From positions 2,432,001 through 2,496,000 of the forward strand of contig OY759599.1 of the NCBI GenBank assembly GCA_963662465.1: a stretch of 64,000 nt of DNA, given 5' to 3'. The notes beneath the pieces were generated by a model. The model was not told the origin of the DNA, searched no databases, and was given only the letters and a program-made list of their open reading frames with translations. How positions within the stretch are numbered: position 1 is the first letter of the stretch; every line of letters begins with the position of its first letter. Source of the DNA: Desulfatiglandales bacterium (GTDB lineage Bacteria; Desulfobacterota; DSM-4660; Desulfatiglandales; Desulfatiglandaceae). A program made the position numbers and the translations under genes. Positions 52,163-62,560 of this stretch are shown here, piece after piece.

Positions 52163-53308
52163 ATGAATGCACTGCAACCATTCACTAAAGAACCGGCATT
52201 CGTTAACCGGAAGGATGAACTGGCCTATTTGCAGTCCTGGATCAGCGCCAAACCGGAGAACATCCTGTTTCTCTACGGTCCGAAGTCCAGCGGCAAAACC
52301 ACGTTGATCTATCGCTTCATTGAGGAGAATCTGACCAACGGTAAGTACGATATCAAGCACTTTAATTTGCGTGAGCTCCTTCTGGTCAACTACAAGAGCT
52401 TTTTACGGGCTTTTTTCGAGTTGAAAAGCAGCGAGCAGGTCAAGGAAACCCGTCAGTACGATTTAAAAGTCTTCAAGCTCAGCGTGGAGACCCTTAAAGG
52501 GCTGGAATCCAAAGAACTTGACCCGTTCATCGTCATGAAGCGGGAGTTAGAGAAGAGCAATAAAAAGGGCAAGCGTCCGGTAATCATCATTGACGAATTG
52601 CAGGCTCTGGACGAAATTTACTTCAATGGCGGACGCGAGTTGCTCAACGAAATATTCAATTTTTTCGTGGCCATGACCAAAGAATCGCACCTATGCCATG
52701 TGATCATTGCCAGCTCCGACGGATATTTCATCGACCGCGTTTATCAGGACAGCAAGCTGAAGAAAACCAGCCGGTTAATGGAAGTTGAATATATCGGGTA
52801 CGAAGATGTAATGGATTGGCTGAACAATCTGAACACGTTCAGCAAAATTGACCGGTTTATTTTGAATGATCAGCAGAAACAGGCGATATGGGATTTCTTC
52901 GGCGGTTCGTGCTGGGAAATATCCGATTTCTTGGGTGAGCTTTTAAATGTTTCAGATAACGGACGTATTGCAGATCAGGATTTTCAAGAATTACTTCAAA
53001 AGAAGTTAATCCTTTTTCGGTCCATGTTTGTGGAATATGCGACGATTATTCCCACGAAAAGGGCCTTGCTGCAAGAAATGGGACATGTTGTTGGGAATAA
53101 GCGAGCCTTTGTGGTCGAAGATCTTGCTGCCCTTGTAGAAGAGAAAGCATGGGAAGCAGAAGCGTTAATTGGTGAGCTGAATAACCTGGTCCGCAAAAAC
53201 TTTTTGAGCTACGCCCCTCCCCGGGCCGAGTACGCTTTGCAAGGCAGAAGCATGGAGCTGGGGCTTGAGGCATACGTGAAAATGATTGAGCAAGGCCAAA
53301 CAAGATAA
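52163..53308 (+). CDS. Archaeal-type (ATPase_2 / MJ-family-like) P-loop ATPase, copy A
   Basis: FVNRKDEL, Walker A YGPKSSGKT, Walker B IIIDELQ, FNFFVAMTKESHLCHVI and a C-terminal winged-helix-like region. Confidence 0.88.
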   Translation: MNALQPFTKEPAFVNRKDELAYLQSWISAKPENILFLYGPKSSGKTTLIYRFIEENLTNGKYDIKHFNLRELLLVNYKSFLRAFFELKSSEQVKETRQYDLKVFKLSVETLKGLESKELDPFIVMKRELEKSNKKGKRPVIIIDELQALDEIYFNGGRELLNEIFNFFVAMTKESHLCHVIIASSDGYFIDRVYQDSKLKKTSRLMEVEYIGYEDVMDWLNNLNTFSKIDRFILNDQQKQAIWDFFGGSCWEISDFLGELLNVSDNGRIADQDFQELLQKKLILFRSMFVEYATIIPTKRALLQEMGHVVGNKRAFVVEDLAALVEEKAWEAEALIGELNNLVRKNFLSYAPPRAEYALQGRSMELGLEAYVKMIEQGQTR

Positions 53309-53362
53309 TATGGGAAACAATGGGCGGCAGCGCTTGGGAAATCTACATAATCTACAACCCTC

Positions 53363-54029
53363 AATACATTTGAAGGCAAAACGGTCCTGGTGGTGGAGGT
53401 GTTTCTTATCGGTTTGAGACCTCATTACTTGACATCTGAGGGTCTTGAAAATGGGTCTTATGTTCGGCTCGGTTCAAGCAATCGGCAAGCGGATCGAGAA
53501 TTAGTAGCTGAACTGCGACGCAGTGCCGAGGGTGTTTCTTTTGATGAACTACCTATGGTGGGTTTGAGCATTGATGATCTCTTGATCTTGTGGTGGCTCA
53601 AACTATGTTTAAGGTGTATCCAAAATCCGGAATCCCGCTATTGCCCGGGTTTTTAGAGAATTGGATTTGATTGAACAATGGGGAAGAGGTATTCCACAAA
53701 TATTCACTGCTGCTCAAAGAATGAAGTTGCCTGAGCCTCAGATAATGGAAATTGGCATGCGGATAAGGTTTATCGTTCCACTGGCAGAAGCGCTTTCCGC
53801 ATTGCGATCACAACATGGAACCAGGTCAGGGGCCCAGTCAAAGGAACTGCTGGAAGCGTTGGTTGCGGGGCCTCTATCCTCCGCTGAGTTAATTGCCGTA
53901 TTGGGACTTAAATCAAAAACGGGTGCTTTTAAACGTAGCATCAGGGAGCTTTTGGAGCAGGAACTGATTGAATACACTATTCCGGATAAACCTAAAAATC
54001 GACGGCAAAAATATCGGTTAAAGAACTGA
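53363..54029 (+). pseudogene. Internally deleted AlbA_2(Schlafen-like)/HATPase_c_4/HTH protein remnant
   Basis: GKTVLVVEV..RPHY..YVRLGSSNRQAD..SFDE, then in another frame SKIRNPAIARVFRELDLIEQWGRGI, and a tail IEYTIPDKPKNRRQKYRL. The N-terminus and middle are missing. Confidence 0.75.
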
Positions 54030-54192
54030 GGTATGGCCGCCTAATAAAAACATCCGTGCTAATCCACGTCCAATAAAAAGAAGACCCATGTTGGATTTCA
54101 GGGTCTTAGACATGAGCCTATTCCAATTAGCTGCTGAGGTCCAACCCAATACCTTGCACGGCCACAACATTTTTTGCCAAGAAGGTGAAATC

Positions 54193-55368
54193 ATGAATGC
54201 ACCGCAACCTTTCACGAAGGAACCGGCGTTCGTTAACCGGAAGGATGAACTGGCCTATTTGCAGTCTTGGATCAGCGCCAAACCGGAGAACATCCTGTTC
54301 CTCTACGGCCCGAAGTCTAGCGGAAAGACCACGTTGATCTATCGCTTCATTGAGCAAAATCTGTCCAACGGAAAGTACGATATCAAGCACTTTAATTTGC
54401 GTGAACTCCTTCTGGTCAACTACGAGAGCTTTTTGCGGGCTTTTTTCGAGTTGAAAAGCAGCGAACAGGTCAAGGAAACCCGTCAGTATGATTTGAAAGT
54501 CTTCAAACTCAGCGTGGAGACCCTCAAAGGGCTTGAATCCAAAGAACTTGACCCGTTCATCGTCATAAAGCGGGAGTTGGAGAAGAGCAACAAGAAGGGA
54601 AAGCGCCCGGTGATTATCATTGATGAGTTGCAGGCGCTGGATGAGATTTACTTCAACGGCGGGCGTGAGCTGCTCAACGAGATGTTTAATTTCTTTGTGG
54701 CCATGACCAAGGAGTCGCACCTATGCCATGTGCTCATTGCCAGCTCCGACGGGTACTTCATCGAACGCATCTATCAGGACAGCAAGTTGAAGAAGACCAG
54801 CGAATTGATGGAGGTCAAGTATCTTCAGGAATCTGATGTAATGGATTGGCTGAGCGATCTGAAAACCTACAGCAAAATTTCGGATTACGTATTGAACAAT
54901 CGACAAAGACATGCCATTTGGGATTTCTTTGGTGGTTCGTGCTGGGAAATTTCAAATTTTCTCGGCAATCTATTAAATATTGCGCATAAGGGGCAGGTTT
55001 TAGACGATGAGTTTGATGAGATGCTGCAAAATAAGCTGGTTTTCTTTCGATCTATGTTTGTCGAGTATGCTACGATTATACCCCGGAAAAAAGCTCTGCT
55101 GCAAGAGATGGGACGCGCCGTTTGGGCTAGGCCGGCCTTTGTGATCGAAGACCTTGCCGGCCTTGTGGACAAGAACGTATGGCAAGCCGAAGAGTTAATT
55201 GGTGAACTGAATAACCTGGTCCGCAAGAACTTTCTGAGCTACGCTCCTCCCCGGGCTGAGTACGCTTTGCAAGGCAGAAGCATGGAGCTGGGACTTGAGG
55301 CATACGTGAAAATGATTGAGCGTAACATATTGACAACATCAGGTCGGAGCAAGTTAACCACCCAATAA
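54193..55368 (+). CDS. Archaeal-type P-loop ATPase, copy B
   Basis: Same motifs as copy A; start set by the shared leader GAAGGTGAAATCATGAATGCAC. Confidence 0.88.
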   Translation: MNAPQPFTKEPAFVNRKDELAYLQSWISAKPENILFLYGPKSSGKTTLIYRFIEQNLSNGKYDIKHFNLRELLLVNYESFLRAFFELKSSEQVKETRQYDLKVFKLSVETLKGLESKELDPFIVIKRELEKSNKKGKRPVIIIDELQALDEIYFNGGRELLNEMFNFFVAMTKESHLCHVLIASSDGYFIERIYQDSKLKKTSELMEVKYLQESDVMDWLSDLKTYSKISDYVLNNRQRHAIWDFFGGSCWEISNFLGNLLNIAHKGQVLDDEFDEMLQNKLVFFRSMFVEYATIIPRKKALLQEMGRAVWARPAFVIEDLAGLVDKNVWQAEELIGELNNLVRKNFLSYAPPRAEYALQGRSMELGLEAYVKMIERNILTTSGRSKLTTQ

Positions 55369-55416
55369 AATTACGAATATATCATTTTCCATAACGAAAG
55401 CACTCTTGCAATGCGC

Positions 55417-55650
55417 TTTTTAGAGCGAGGATGGCAGGTTAAAAAAAATAGACTGATATCAAAACGTACCAAAACCAGAGCTACATATGCCGGAAGCTGG
55501 AGGTCAAACCTGCCCAAAGCTTTTTAGACGCCCGGCATCGCGAAGCTCAGCCGATCCGGACGGGCTTGTGAGGCGAGCGTAAGCCGGGGATGCCAATCCC
55601 GACCGGTAATTTTCTTAAAAGCCCCATTTTACCCCAAAAAAGAGCTGTCT
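55417..55650. repeat. ~230-bp non-coding element, copy 1
   Basis: Alignable over its length with 55777-56012; shared blocks include ATGGCAGGTT, AATAGACTGATATCAA, GGAGGTCAAACCTGCCCA, CGGACGGGCTTGTGAGGCG and TTTTCTTAAAAGC. Confidence 0.9.
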
Positions 55651-55776
55651 TAATTTGTTACAGGTCCTTCGCTTTGCAAAAAAGTGATAAAGCAACAAAA
55701 ACACAAACGTTCCCCATTACTCCACTATTCACTATGCAAGATATGGCGCCAGCTTCTTTTCGATCTTACTGCGCCC

Positions 55777-56012
55777 TTTTTAAGGCGAGAATGGCAGGTT
55801 TAAGGAATAGACTGATATCAAGACATACCAAAACCATTGCTGCAGATGCGGGAAACCGGAGGTCAAACCTGCCCATAAAGCTCTCGACAGCCCGGCATGC
55901 CGAAACTCACCCGAGACGGACGGGCTTGTGAGGCGGGCGTTGGTCCGAGGATGCCAACCCCATCCGGTACTTTTCTTAAAAGCTCCATTTGCCCCCAAAA
56001 AAGGGGTTTCTA
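55777..56012. repeat. ~230-bp non-coding element, copy 2
   Basis: Diverged direct repeat of 55417-55650, at a period of about 360 bp. Confidence 0.9.
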
Positions 56013-56087
56013 AGCGTCAAAAACAGCCCGGTTTTGATATGGTCTTTTAATCATTGAAGTTAGTTGCTGAGGCCCGACCCCATTCCA

Positions 56088-56823
56088 TATAATCCTTTTG
56101 ATATCCTTCTCTATTTGAGGAACAAGGCATTTCGGAGTTACTGGTTTGAAACTGCTACATCTTTACAATCTGAGCGCGGGAGAGGAAATTATCGGCAGTT
56201 TCGATGTGGATAATATCAAAGTTGAAACACTCCTTTTTCAGACCGGATACCTGACGATCAAAAATTTGCAGCAAATCGGTGCTTTTCGCCGTTACGACCT
56301 TACGTATCCCAATCTCGAAGTGGAATCCAGCTTGAACAACTACATTTTGAGCGCCCTGGTTGAAGACAACCTTACAAAGACCCGGAATCAATCCGCAATT
56401 CTGGATGCATTGCAGGAAAATGATTTAAACAAGCTCAAAAACACCATACACGCCTTTTTTGCATCCATACCCAACCAATGGTATCGAAAGAACCTGATCT
56501 CCAATTATGAAGGCTATTATGCCTCAATCGTGTACTGTTACTTTGCCGCGCTGGGCTTGGACACAATCCCTGAAGATTCGACAAACCACGGAATGATTGA
56601 TCTAACCGTCCGATTTAACGGCAGGGTGTATATCATCGAATTCAAAGTGGTTGAACTGACTGCAAAAGGAAACGCTCTAAGTCAAATCAAGGCAAGAAAA
56701 TACCATGAGAAATACTCAGAAAACGACGTCTATTTGATCGGAATTGAATTTAGCAGCGAAGATCGGAATATTGTCAATTTTGAATGGGAGCGGATACTTT
56801 CTGAGAGGATTAGAAAGCCATAA
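56088..56823 (+). pseudogene. 5'-truncated AAA-ATPase-like + PD-(D/E)XK nuclease gene
   Basis: YNPFDILL..SYWFET at 56088 is out of frame with the rest; then LLFQTGYLTI, YPNLEV, YEGYYAS, GMIDL..IIEFK..ALSQI..KY. No Walker A region is present. Confidence 0.82.
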
Positions 56824-56903
56824 ATAAATGCAGAGATTTTAGTGATATAGCCAATTTATGCGACAAAAAAACACCAACCACCCCAACATAGGAAGGTGAA
56901 ATC

Positions 56904-58055
56904 ATGAATGCACTGCAACCATTCACTAAGGAACCGGCCTTCGTTAACCGGAGGGATGAACTGGCCTATTTGCAGTCATGGATCAGCGCCAAACCGGAAA
57001 ACATCCTGTTTCTCTACGGTCCGAAGTCCAGCGGCAAAACCACATTGATCTATCGCTTCATTGAGGAAAATCTCTCAAATGGCAGATACGATATCAAGCA
57101 TTTCAATCTTCGCAAATTGCTCCTCGTAAATTACGAAAGCTTTTTACGAGCTTTCTTCGAGATGAAAAGCAGCGAACAGATCAAGGAAACCAGGCAGTAC
57201 GATCTGAAAGTTTTCAAACTTAGTGTGGAAACACTCAAAGGCCTGGAGGCAAGAGAACTGGATCCCTTTGTTGTCATGGAAAGAGAGCTTGAGAAGTGCA
57301 ACAAAAAGGGAAAGCGCCCGGTGATCATCATTGATGAGCTGCAGGCACTGGATGAGATTTACTTCAACGGCGGGCGTGAATTGCTCAACGAAATATTCAA
57401 TTTTTTTGTGGCCATGACCAAAGAATCGCACCTATGCCATGTGATCATTGCCAGCTCCGACGGATATTTCATCGACCGCGTTTATCAGGACAGCAAGTTA
57501 AAGAAGACCAGTCGACTCCTGGAGATTGATTATATCGGGCACGAAGATGTAATGGATTGGTTGAACAATCTGAACACGTTCAGCAAAATTGACCGGTTTA
57601 TTTTGAATGATCAGCAGAAACAGGCAATATGGGATTTCTTCGGCGGTTCGTGCTGGGAAATATCCGATTTTTTGGGAGAGCTTCTAAATGTTTCAGATAA
57701 CGGGCGTATTGCAGATCAGGATTTTCAAGAATTACTTCAAAAGAAATTAATCCTTTTTCGTTCCATGTTTGTGGAATATGCCACCATTGAGCCGGAGAAG
57801 GAACAGCTATTGCTAAAGATAGCAGCGTTGATCACACACAACACGGCCAAGGGGTTTACGTTCAATGATTTTCGCTCACTCGTGGAGGACGATATCTGGT
57901 CGATTTCTGCATTAAGAGCAGAGTTGAACAGCCTGGTGCGAAAGAATTTTCTCAGCTACGCCCCGCCTCGGGCCGAATATGCCTTGCAGGGCCGAAGCAT
58001 GGAATTAGGGCTTCAGGCGTATGTGAAAATGATCCCGCCTGGAGAAGGAAGGTGA
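56904..58055 (+). CDS. Archaeal-type P-loop ATPase, copy C
   Basis: Same motifs with a distinct C-terminal variable block; its stop codon lies inside the leader of copy D. Confidence 0.88.
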   Translation: MNALQPFTKEPAFVNRRDELAYLQSWISAKPENILFLYGPKSSGKTTLIYRFIEENLSNGRYDIKHFNLRKLLLVNYESFLRAFFEMKSSEQIKETRQYDLKVFKLSVETLKGLEARELDPFVVMERELEKCNKKGKRPVIIIDELQALDEIYFNGGRELLNEIFNFFVAMTKESHLCHVIIASSDGYFIDRVYQDSKLKKTSRLLEIDYIGHEDVMDWLNNLNTFSKIDRFILNDQQKQAIWDFFGGSCWEISDFLGELLNVSDNGRIADQDFQELLQKKLILFRSMFVEYATIEPEKEQLLLKIAALITHNTAKGFTFNDFRSLVEDDIWSISALRAELNSLVRKNFLSYAPPRAEYALQGRSMELGLQAYVKMIPPGEGR

Positions 58056-58059
58056 AATC

Positions 58060-58780
58060 ATGAATGCACTGCAACCTTTCACGAAAGAACCGGCGTTCGT
58101 TAACCGGAAGGATGAACTGGCCTATTTGCAGTCCTGGATCAGCGCCAAACCGGAGAACATTCTGTTTCTCTACGGTCCGAAGTCCAGCGGCAAGACCACG
58201 TTGATCTATCGCTTCATTGAGGAAAATCTGACCAACGGTAAGTACGATATCAAGCACTTTAATTTGCGTGAGCTCCTTCTGGTCAACTACAAGAGCTTTT
58301 TACGGGCTTTTTTCGAGTTGAAAAGCAGCGAGCAGGTCAAGGAAACCCGTCAGTACGATTTAAAAGTCTTCAAGCTCAGTGTGGAGACCCTTAAAAGGCT
58401 GGAATCCAAAGAACTTGACCCGTTCATCGTCATGAAGCGAGAGTTGGAGAAGAGCAATAAAAAGGGCAAGCGTCCGGTAATCATCATTGACGAATTGCAA
58501 GCTCTGGACGAAATTTACTTCAATGGCGGGCGCGAGTTGCTCAACGAAATATTCAATTTTTTCGTGGCCATGACCAAAGAATCGCACCTATGCCATGTGA
58601 TCATTGCCAGCTCCGACGGATATTTCATCGACTGCGTTTATCAGGACAGCAAGCTGAAGAAAACCAGCCGGTTAATGGAGGTTGATTATATCAGTTACAA
58701 AGATGTAATGGATTGGTTGAACAATCTGAACACGTTCAGCAAAATTGACCGGTTTATTTTGAATAATCAGCAGAAACAGG
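58060..58780 (+). pseudogene. Archaeal-type P-loop ATPase, copy D, truncated by the IS66 insertion
   Basis: Near-identical to copy A up to CAGAAACAGG (58780), where similarity stops abruptly. Confidence 0.9.
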
Positions 58781-58901
58781 GTGTCCTTTCTGCAAGCCTG
58801 CATAGGGCAAATTTTTTCATTTTTTTTTGGGTGGCCGGAAGACGCTAGGTGGCGAGCTCCGTTATCCGGCGTCTTCTGTCGATCTGATTATCTGTGAGTT
58901 A

Positions 58902-59142
58902 CTAAGGCTGGGAATTTAGATTTTGCCTGTAATTCCAGGGAAGCCAGTTTTCGGGGTTTACCTTTACCAGCTCGGGATTTTTGTGAATGGCCAGGAGATA
59001 TTCGTACGGATTTTCTCCGTTCATGGCACAGGTCTGAATAAGGCTCATAAAGATGTCTCCAATGAGGGCGCCATGCTCTGTTTTGTAAAACAGGGAGTTT
59101 TTTCTGTGAAGAATGGCCTTTTTCAAAGCCCTTTCGCAGATG
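58902..59142 (-). pseudogene. tnpC: IS66 transposase TnpC, 3' part
   Basis: ICERALKKAILHRKNSLFYKTEHGA..MSLIQTCAMNGENPYEYL..WLPWNY. Confidence 0.9.
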
Positions 59143-59277
59143 TAATGCCGACTCCCGGATTATGCCGCATTACAAGAATTTTGTGGGATTATTCGTGCCT
59201 TGAAGTAGTTGCTGACGCGGCATAATTTTTGTGGGATCTTCGGTTTGGCAATCCCGCCAAACGAAAGGAGAGACCAC

Positions 59278-60522
59278 ATGAAAACATTCAGTAATTTCGT
59301 ATCGAAAAACAACCCGCATTCGAACCTATGTCAAACCCATGTCAACTCCTTCCTATCACACCTTCGCACTCTGGGGTATGCAGAACGGACGCTACGGAAA
59401 AAGCGTCCAGTTGCTGCCTCTTTTGCCCGATGGACAGTGGGGAAGCGGCTTACTGTAAACGATCTAAACGAATCCCATCTGACCGAATTCGTGGAGCGTT
59501 TGCACAAAAGGCAAAAAGCCCGGATAAAATTCGAAATGGCTGCCCTGCGGCTTTTTCTCAGCTATCTGCGCCAAGAAGGTGTGGTTCCAAATCCTCCAAT
59601 ACTTGATGCTTCACCCGTGGATGATTTTAAGCGGACCTACATAGAATACCTGCGAAAGGAGCGAGGACTCGCCGAAAACTCAATTCTTGTTTATTCGCCT
59701 TTCATCAGTGATTTTCTCAATGATCGGTTAGCCCAAACCGGTTGCATCTCTTTCCATGCATTGGATGCCCTGACAATCCAAAATTTCCTCCTCGATCGCA
59801 TTCAAAACCGGTCGAGAGAATACTCGAGGCTTCTGGCCGCCGCCCTCCGATCATTCTTGCGGTTTCTTTACCTTCGCAAAGAAATAACAATTGATTTTTC
59901 CCTATCGATTCCCAGAGTCCGTAAATGGCATCAGTCCGAGGTAATTGGCTTTCTAACCCCCGACCAGGTAGAAAGGATCCTTTCGTCAACCGATCTGTCG
60001 ACGCCACGTGGAAGACGCGATTATGCCATTTTGCTTCTTCTTGCACGACTCGGTCTGCGTGCGGGAGAGATAATCACGATAGAACTCGGTGACATCCTCT
60101 GGCGGATCGGGGAGATCGTTATTCGCGGCAAGGGCCAAGTACAGGACCGACTACCATTGGTCTCAGATGTCGGAGATGCTTTAGCGGTTTATCTACGTCA
60201 AGACAGAGGAGATAGCGTATCGCGACGGGTTTTTCTGCGAATGATTGCTCCACGCGTTGGCTTGGCCGGCCCAGGGGCGATTGGCCATATTGTACGCCTT
60301 GCATTTGCCCGAGCCGGCATATGTGCTCCGAGCCGTGGCGCAGCCCATCTCTTCCGCCACGGTCTGGCCACCAGAATGATCCGCCAGGGTGCCTCCATCG
60401 CTGAGATCTCTGAGGTTCTCCGTCATCAATCCCAGAGTTCCACAGCCATTTACGCGAAGGTCGATTTCGAGACACTCCGTGAGATTGCTCCGCCTTGGCC
60501 GGGTCAAGGAGGTGTGCGATGA
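59278..60522 (+). CDS. Tyrosine recombinase RitA
   Basis: RDYAILLLLARLGLRAGE, IRGKG, HLFRH and LRHQSQSSTAIY; AGGAG RBS. Confidence 0.92.
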   Translation: MKTFSNFVSKNNPHSNLCQTHVNSFLSHLRTLGYAERTLRKKRPVAASFARWTVGKRLTVNDLNESHLTEFVERLHKRQKARIKFEMAALRLFLSYLRQEGVVPNPPILDASPVDDFKRTYIEYLRKERGLAENSILVYSPFISDFLNDRLAQTGCISFHALDALTIQNFLLDRIQNRSREYSRLLAAALRSFLRFLYLRKEITIDFSLSIPRVRKWHQSEVIGFLTPDQVERILSSTDLSTPRGRRDYAILLLLARLGLRAGEIITIELGDILWRIGEIVIRGKGQVQDRLPLVSDVGDALAVYLRQDRGDSVSRRVFLRMIAPRVGLAGPGAIGHIVRLAFARAGICAPSRGAAHLFRHGLATRMIRQGASIAEISEVLRHQSQSSTAIYAKVDFETLREIAPPWPGQGGVR

Positions 60523-61459
60523 CTGCAATCCGTGACGCACTTGCACGGTATTTAACAGTCCGCCGTGCCCTCGGTACTGTCTACAAGAGCCAGCCACGAC
60601 ACTTGGCTATTTTGTAGATTTCCTTGACCTTCAGGGAGCAAAATTCATCACCACTGATCTCGCCCTTCGTTGGGCGTGCCAGCCAAAGCATGTGCAAAGA
60701 GCGACATGGGCACGCCGGCTTACTATGGTCAGGCAGTTTGGTGCTTGGCTGAGTGCATTCGACCCGCGAACGGAAGTACCGCCAAAACGGCTCCTCAATG
60801 CCCGTCATCGGCGCAGTAAGCCCTACATCTATACCGAACAGGAAATAGAACATCTCATGATCGAGGCCGCTTTGCTCCCGTCACCGATGGGATTGCGCGC
60901 ATTAACCTATGTGACGCTCATAGGTCTTCTTGCCGTTACGGGTATTCGGCCAGGTGAAGTGGTAGCTTTGAATCTGTCTGATGTGGATCTAAAGAACGGT
61001 ATTCTTGTAATTCGGCAGACGAAATTTGGAAAGTCCCGTTTTGTTCCGATTGACGATTCGACATGTTCCGCCCTTTTGGATTATGCAAATCGACGCAATA
61101 ACTTTTACACACGTTTTCAGACCAACAGTTTTTTTGTCTCCGAACGAGGCACAAGACTAAGTCTTGGATCCGCCCGACGTACATTCGCCAAAGTATCATG
61201 TGCTGTCGGTCTTCGAACTGCAAAAGATGGCTGCCGAATCGGTCGCGGACCAAGGCTTCAGGATTTTAGGCATACGTTTGCAACAAGAAGAATTATCAAA
61301 TGGTATCAGGCCGGATTGGACGTGAACAGAGAGTTGCCAAAGCTCACTTCCTATCTCGGCCACTCAAACGTCAGTCATACTTATTGGTATATTGAGGCGG
61401 TCCCGGAGCTCCTCCAGCTCGCTTCCGAGCACATGGGCCGGCAAGGAGGTGCACAATGA
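60519..61459 (+). pseudogene. Tyrosine recombinase RitB with an apparent 1-bp deletion near 60579
   Basis: ATG 60519 gives MTAIRDALARYLTVRRALGT, then runs to a stop. The protein continues in another frame as LQEPATTLGYFVDFL..ALRWA..TGIRPGE..TKFGKSR..QDFRHTFA..YLGH..TYWY. Confidence 0.88.
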
Positions 61460-62451
61460 AAGCCTCCAGCTTTTCATCACTTCTCCAGCGTTTCTTTACG
61501 GACAGATTGCTCGCACAGCTTGGCGCCAGTCCGCACACTGTTGCCGCATACCGGGATACCTTCCGTCTGTTGCTTCGCTTCGCCGCGAAACACTTCGGGC
61601 GTTCGCCTTCTGAACTGCGCATAGAAGAGCTCGATGTTTCTTTCCTGTGCAAGTTTATTCAACACCTTGAACTTGATCGCTGTAATTGCATCCGGACACG
61701 GAATAACCGCCTTTCCGCCCTGCAAGGTTTCTTTCGGTATGTGTCCTTCAGTGAACCCGCACTGTCATTGCACTGTCAGAGGGTTCTGGCGATCCCTGCC
61801 AAACGGTACGAGCGCCGTCCGGTTGAGTTCCTGTCGGATGAAGAAACTGCCGCTCTTGTTGCAGTTCCCGATTCAAAAAAATGGATCGGCAGGCGTGACC
61901 GAGCGCTCCTGTTGCTCGCCTTACAGACAGGATTGCGAAATAGCGAAATCACATCGCTTCAGTGCAAGGATGTGGAACTCGGCACCGGTGCTCACGTCCG
62001 TTGCCTCGGAAAGGGTCGAAAGATGCGATGTACCCCTTTGCGCCCTGATGTCGTCGCAGTGCTGAAGAAATGGTTAAAGGAGCAAGATGGCCATCCACAA
62101 GATCCTCTCTTCCCAAGCTCACGCGGTTTACGTCTCAGTGCAGATGCTCTCCAGCGACTCGTTGCCAAACATGCAGCCATGGCGAGTCATACATGTCCAT
62201 CCCTAAAAGGGAAAACAGTTACACCCCACACCTTGCGGCATTCGGCGGCCATGAGCCTGCTCCGACGTGGTGTTGATCTGACCGTGATTGCTCTCTGGCT
62301 CGGGCACGAATCAAATGAGACAACACAAATCTACTTGCATGCTGATATGGGAATTAAGGAGCAAGCCCTTGCCCATACCACTGCAAGTGGTTCCATACCT
62401 GATCGGTATCTTCCTGAAGACCCTTTGCTAACATTCCTTGAGAGCCTTTGA
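61456..62451 (+). CDS. Tyrosine recombinase RitC
   Basis: ASPHTVAAYRDTF, TRNNRL, TGLRNSE, GKGRK, PHTLRHS and WLGHE..TTQIY. Confidence 0.93.
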   Translation: MKASSFSSLLQRFFTDRLLAQLGASPHTVAAYRDTFRLLLRFAAKHFGRSPSELRIEELDVSFLCKFIQHLELDRCNCIRTRNNRLSALQGFFRYVSFSEPALSLHCQRVLAIPAKRYERRPVEFLSDEETAALVAVPDSKKWIGRRDRALLLLALQTGLRNSEITSLQCKDVELGTGAHVRCLGKGRKMRCTPLRPDVVAVLKKWLKEQDGHPQDPLFPSSRGLRLSADALQRLVAKHAAMASHTCPSLKGKTVTPHTLRHSAAMSLLRRGVDLTVIALWLGHESNETTQIYLHADMGIKEQALAHTTASGSIPDRYLPEDPLLTFLESL

Positions 62452-62560
62452 TTATGCCGATTGAAAGAGCCATGAGAATAAGGGGTCCAACGCAGTTTCG
62501 ACCAGTTAAAACGGATAAAATTGGCAATACGGCATAATCCGGGAGTCGGCATTACATCTG

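Noticed and set aside
55417..56012. Possible CRISPR array
   Set aside because: Only two long diverged repeats, no short repeat-spacer periodicity and no cas genes.
52163..58780. Diversity-generating retroelement as the cause of ATPase variation
   Set aside because: No reverse transcriptase in the window; differences are block-wise and affect all bases rather than being adenine-specific.
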